The notes below the pieces were generated by a model. That model saw nothing but the letters and a program-made list of their open reading frames with translations. It was not told the DNA's origin and made no database searches. This document shows positions 49,500 through 51,370 of a stretch of 51,370 bases of DNA, piece by piece; the first letter of the stretch is position 1; every line of letters starts with the position of its first letter. Both the position numbers and the translations under genes were made by a program. This DNA is from Blastocystis sp. subtype 4. Lineage: Eukaryota. The stretch lies in assembly GCF_000743755.1 (NCBI RefSeq), contig NW_014569509.1, positions 1 through 51,370 of the forward strand. Reading direction: 5' to 3'.

Positions 49500-50400
49500 A
49501 TTATTATTGTTATCCGGCAAACATTTGGAGTTCAGAGTTGCTTGAAATTTGTGGTCTTTGCTTCTCAGTTATCGTACGAATCCTTTTGAAGACTTCGTTG
49601 AAGACTCCTGATCGAAGTGCAACGGAAGAATAACTGCAAAATTTGTACCTATCTTTGGTTATAAACCTTGGGTAGATCATTTTGATTAGAAATGATGTTA
49701 GGAAACTGCGTAAAATTGTTTCTATTTTTGGAAAATGTGTCAATTCTGTCAGATTCTTTTATGCCTAGTATAAGTCCATTATCGATATTAAATGAATTTC
49801 TCTTTTTGTTACAACGATATGGACATATGGGATTATGAACGGAGTGTGAGCACTGAATCCTACTCTGGTGATGATATTGTGATAAAGAAATTGGCAAGTA
49901 CATTCTATTGGGAAGAAGGAATACCGGACTTTTCGATTCGTGAGAATCGAGACTTGTTGAAACAGCGTCTTTTGGAATACGGTTATACTTGTGTAGACAT
50001 TTCTGATAGTTGATTGGTTATGTGTAGATGCAATTCGAAGGACCTTGCAGATGGCCTACTGGGCGCTATCCATCTTTGGATAGTATTGAGGTTGCATTCA
50101 AGTCAATGAATCCATCACAGGATTTAGGACAGTATTCAGGAACTCCAAAGATTGCTTCAGAAAGTGGTTCTATACGCAGTTTACGCAACAGACATGTTAT
50201 CTGTTGACTTTCAGTACTAATGAGTCATATTCGTGACTCCTCTTATCATTCATGTTAAAGTACTAATTGTTCTCAGTCTCCTCATTCTGTTTTCTTTGTT
50301 GGTATCAATTGATTAGCGATTTAGAATGATTGATGACGGCCAGAAATCTGGAGTCTTTATGTTATCGTTTGAAGATAGGTAACAGTTTTCTATCATGATG
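49500..50400 (+). pseudogene. Possible degenerate gene fragments
   Basis: Short exon-like ORFs with intron-like gaps (e.g. 49792-50013) are interrupted by stops, and I recognise no domain. Confidence 0.25.
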
Positions 50401-51370
50401 TGAGACTCTATTCGATAACAAAAATAACAGACGATCTCACCTAACAAATGCCTTGTCTATTAATCAACATTTTTAAAGAATGTAGAAGAGGGTGATAATA
50501 AGGAGATGGGCTTAGACAATGATGAACCAGTAGCGGAGGAGGTGAATGGGGTAGACTGGGATCAGTTGTCAGGATTGTTGGGAGGAAGTTGATTCCGGTG
50601 AAAAGGATGGTTTGTATGATGATAACGAGCGTTGAAAGAGGAGAAGTGAAAGGATGATGTAATCTGTATGATGAAGAGATGTTGGGAGTGTATGGAGATA
50701 AAGGAATTGATACTGTTGCTTGGTGAATCTATGTGTTGAAGAATGTGACTCATGATTGATTCGATTTTGATTGGAACTGTTATTCAGGAGCAAATACATG
50801 GTACAGTGGTCCCGTAAGATGAATCCAGAAGATAGTTATTATGCTTTTGTGATTCATTTGAAGTATGGAATGTCATCAGTCAATTGGATAGTTTCAGAAG
50901 AAACCTCTAAGGGTATTGTAAGATTCTTGACCAGTTTTTTCTCTCTCAGCATTCATTATCGTAATGCAATCATCTCATCATTAGAGTTGGCATCTCTCAA
51001 TTATCCTTCCAACTAGTCTTCCAGTCTGTTTTATCGGCTCTTCCGTTTTTGTTTTAGCATTGTCTATACTCATTCTCTTACTATCTTTCTTTGTTTCCAA
51101 ATATGATTAATCATATTCCTGTTATTCATAACGATTGTTAGTAAACATGAATAATACCTAATGAGTATGAAAGATTGTGGGTTCAGTAGTAAGTGCAGTG
51201 TGAGTTGATAATGATAGATTCTCAATTGGTATTATTCTTCATTCTTTTTCCATAATCAATGCTGAACTCCCACTTCTATTCATTTCATTCTTTCTAATCG
51301 CTATGATTCTCATCCCTTCATCGATTCACTATTCATTCATTCTATTTCTCACACTCTGTTTCATTCTTCT

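Noticed and set aside
50400..51370. CATT/TTC-rich low-complexity end of the window as a mobile element or subtelomere
   Set aside because: I found no terminal repeats, transposase/RT motifs or regular repeat unit.

Overview
This is gene-dense, AT-rich eukaryotic nuclear DNA with ~30-nt GT-AG introns, tiny intergenic gaps and a recurring TGTTTGTT element at gene ends. That combination points strongly to Blastocystis (inferred from style, not a database hit). I reconstructed about 33 protein genes and one tRNA-Met(CAT) by hand. Most are housekeeping: RecQ, Rac/Rho, mito L11 and L9, CDC27-like, eIF2B-beta, HSP20, PPP4R3, seipin, RPN3, RIC1, ARPC3, MMS19. The ORF track misleads because genes are split by micro-introns and about 14 appear to have no encoded stop codon. 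In these, an in-frame T or TA sits exactly 4 nt before a TGTTTGTT-type element, so poly(A) would complete UAA. Top candidates for novelty are (1) an RPA70N-like OB-fold fused to a RecQ helicase, (2) an intronless type II membrane protein with a split phage-structural-protein-like motif, and (3) a membrane-anchored protein combining an eIF4E-binding-like motif and a cold-shock domain. Also notable are a Firmicutes-like intronless GNAT, a YeeE/YedE transporter, a WW-SPIN90-like protein, and two AT-AC minor introns inside a gene-conversion tract. All exon boundaries and family calls come from manual reading and remembered motifs; no searches were run.
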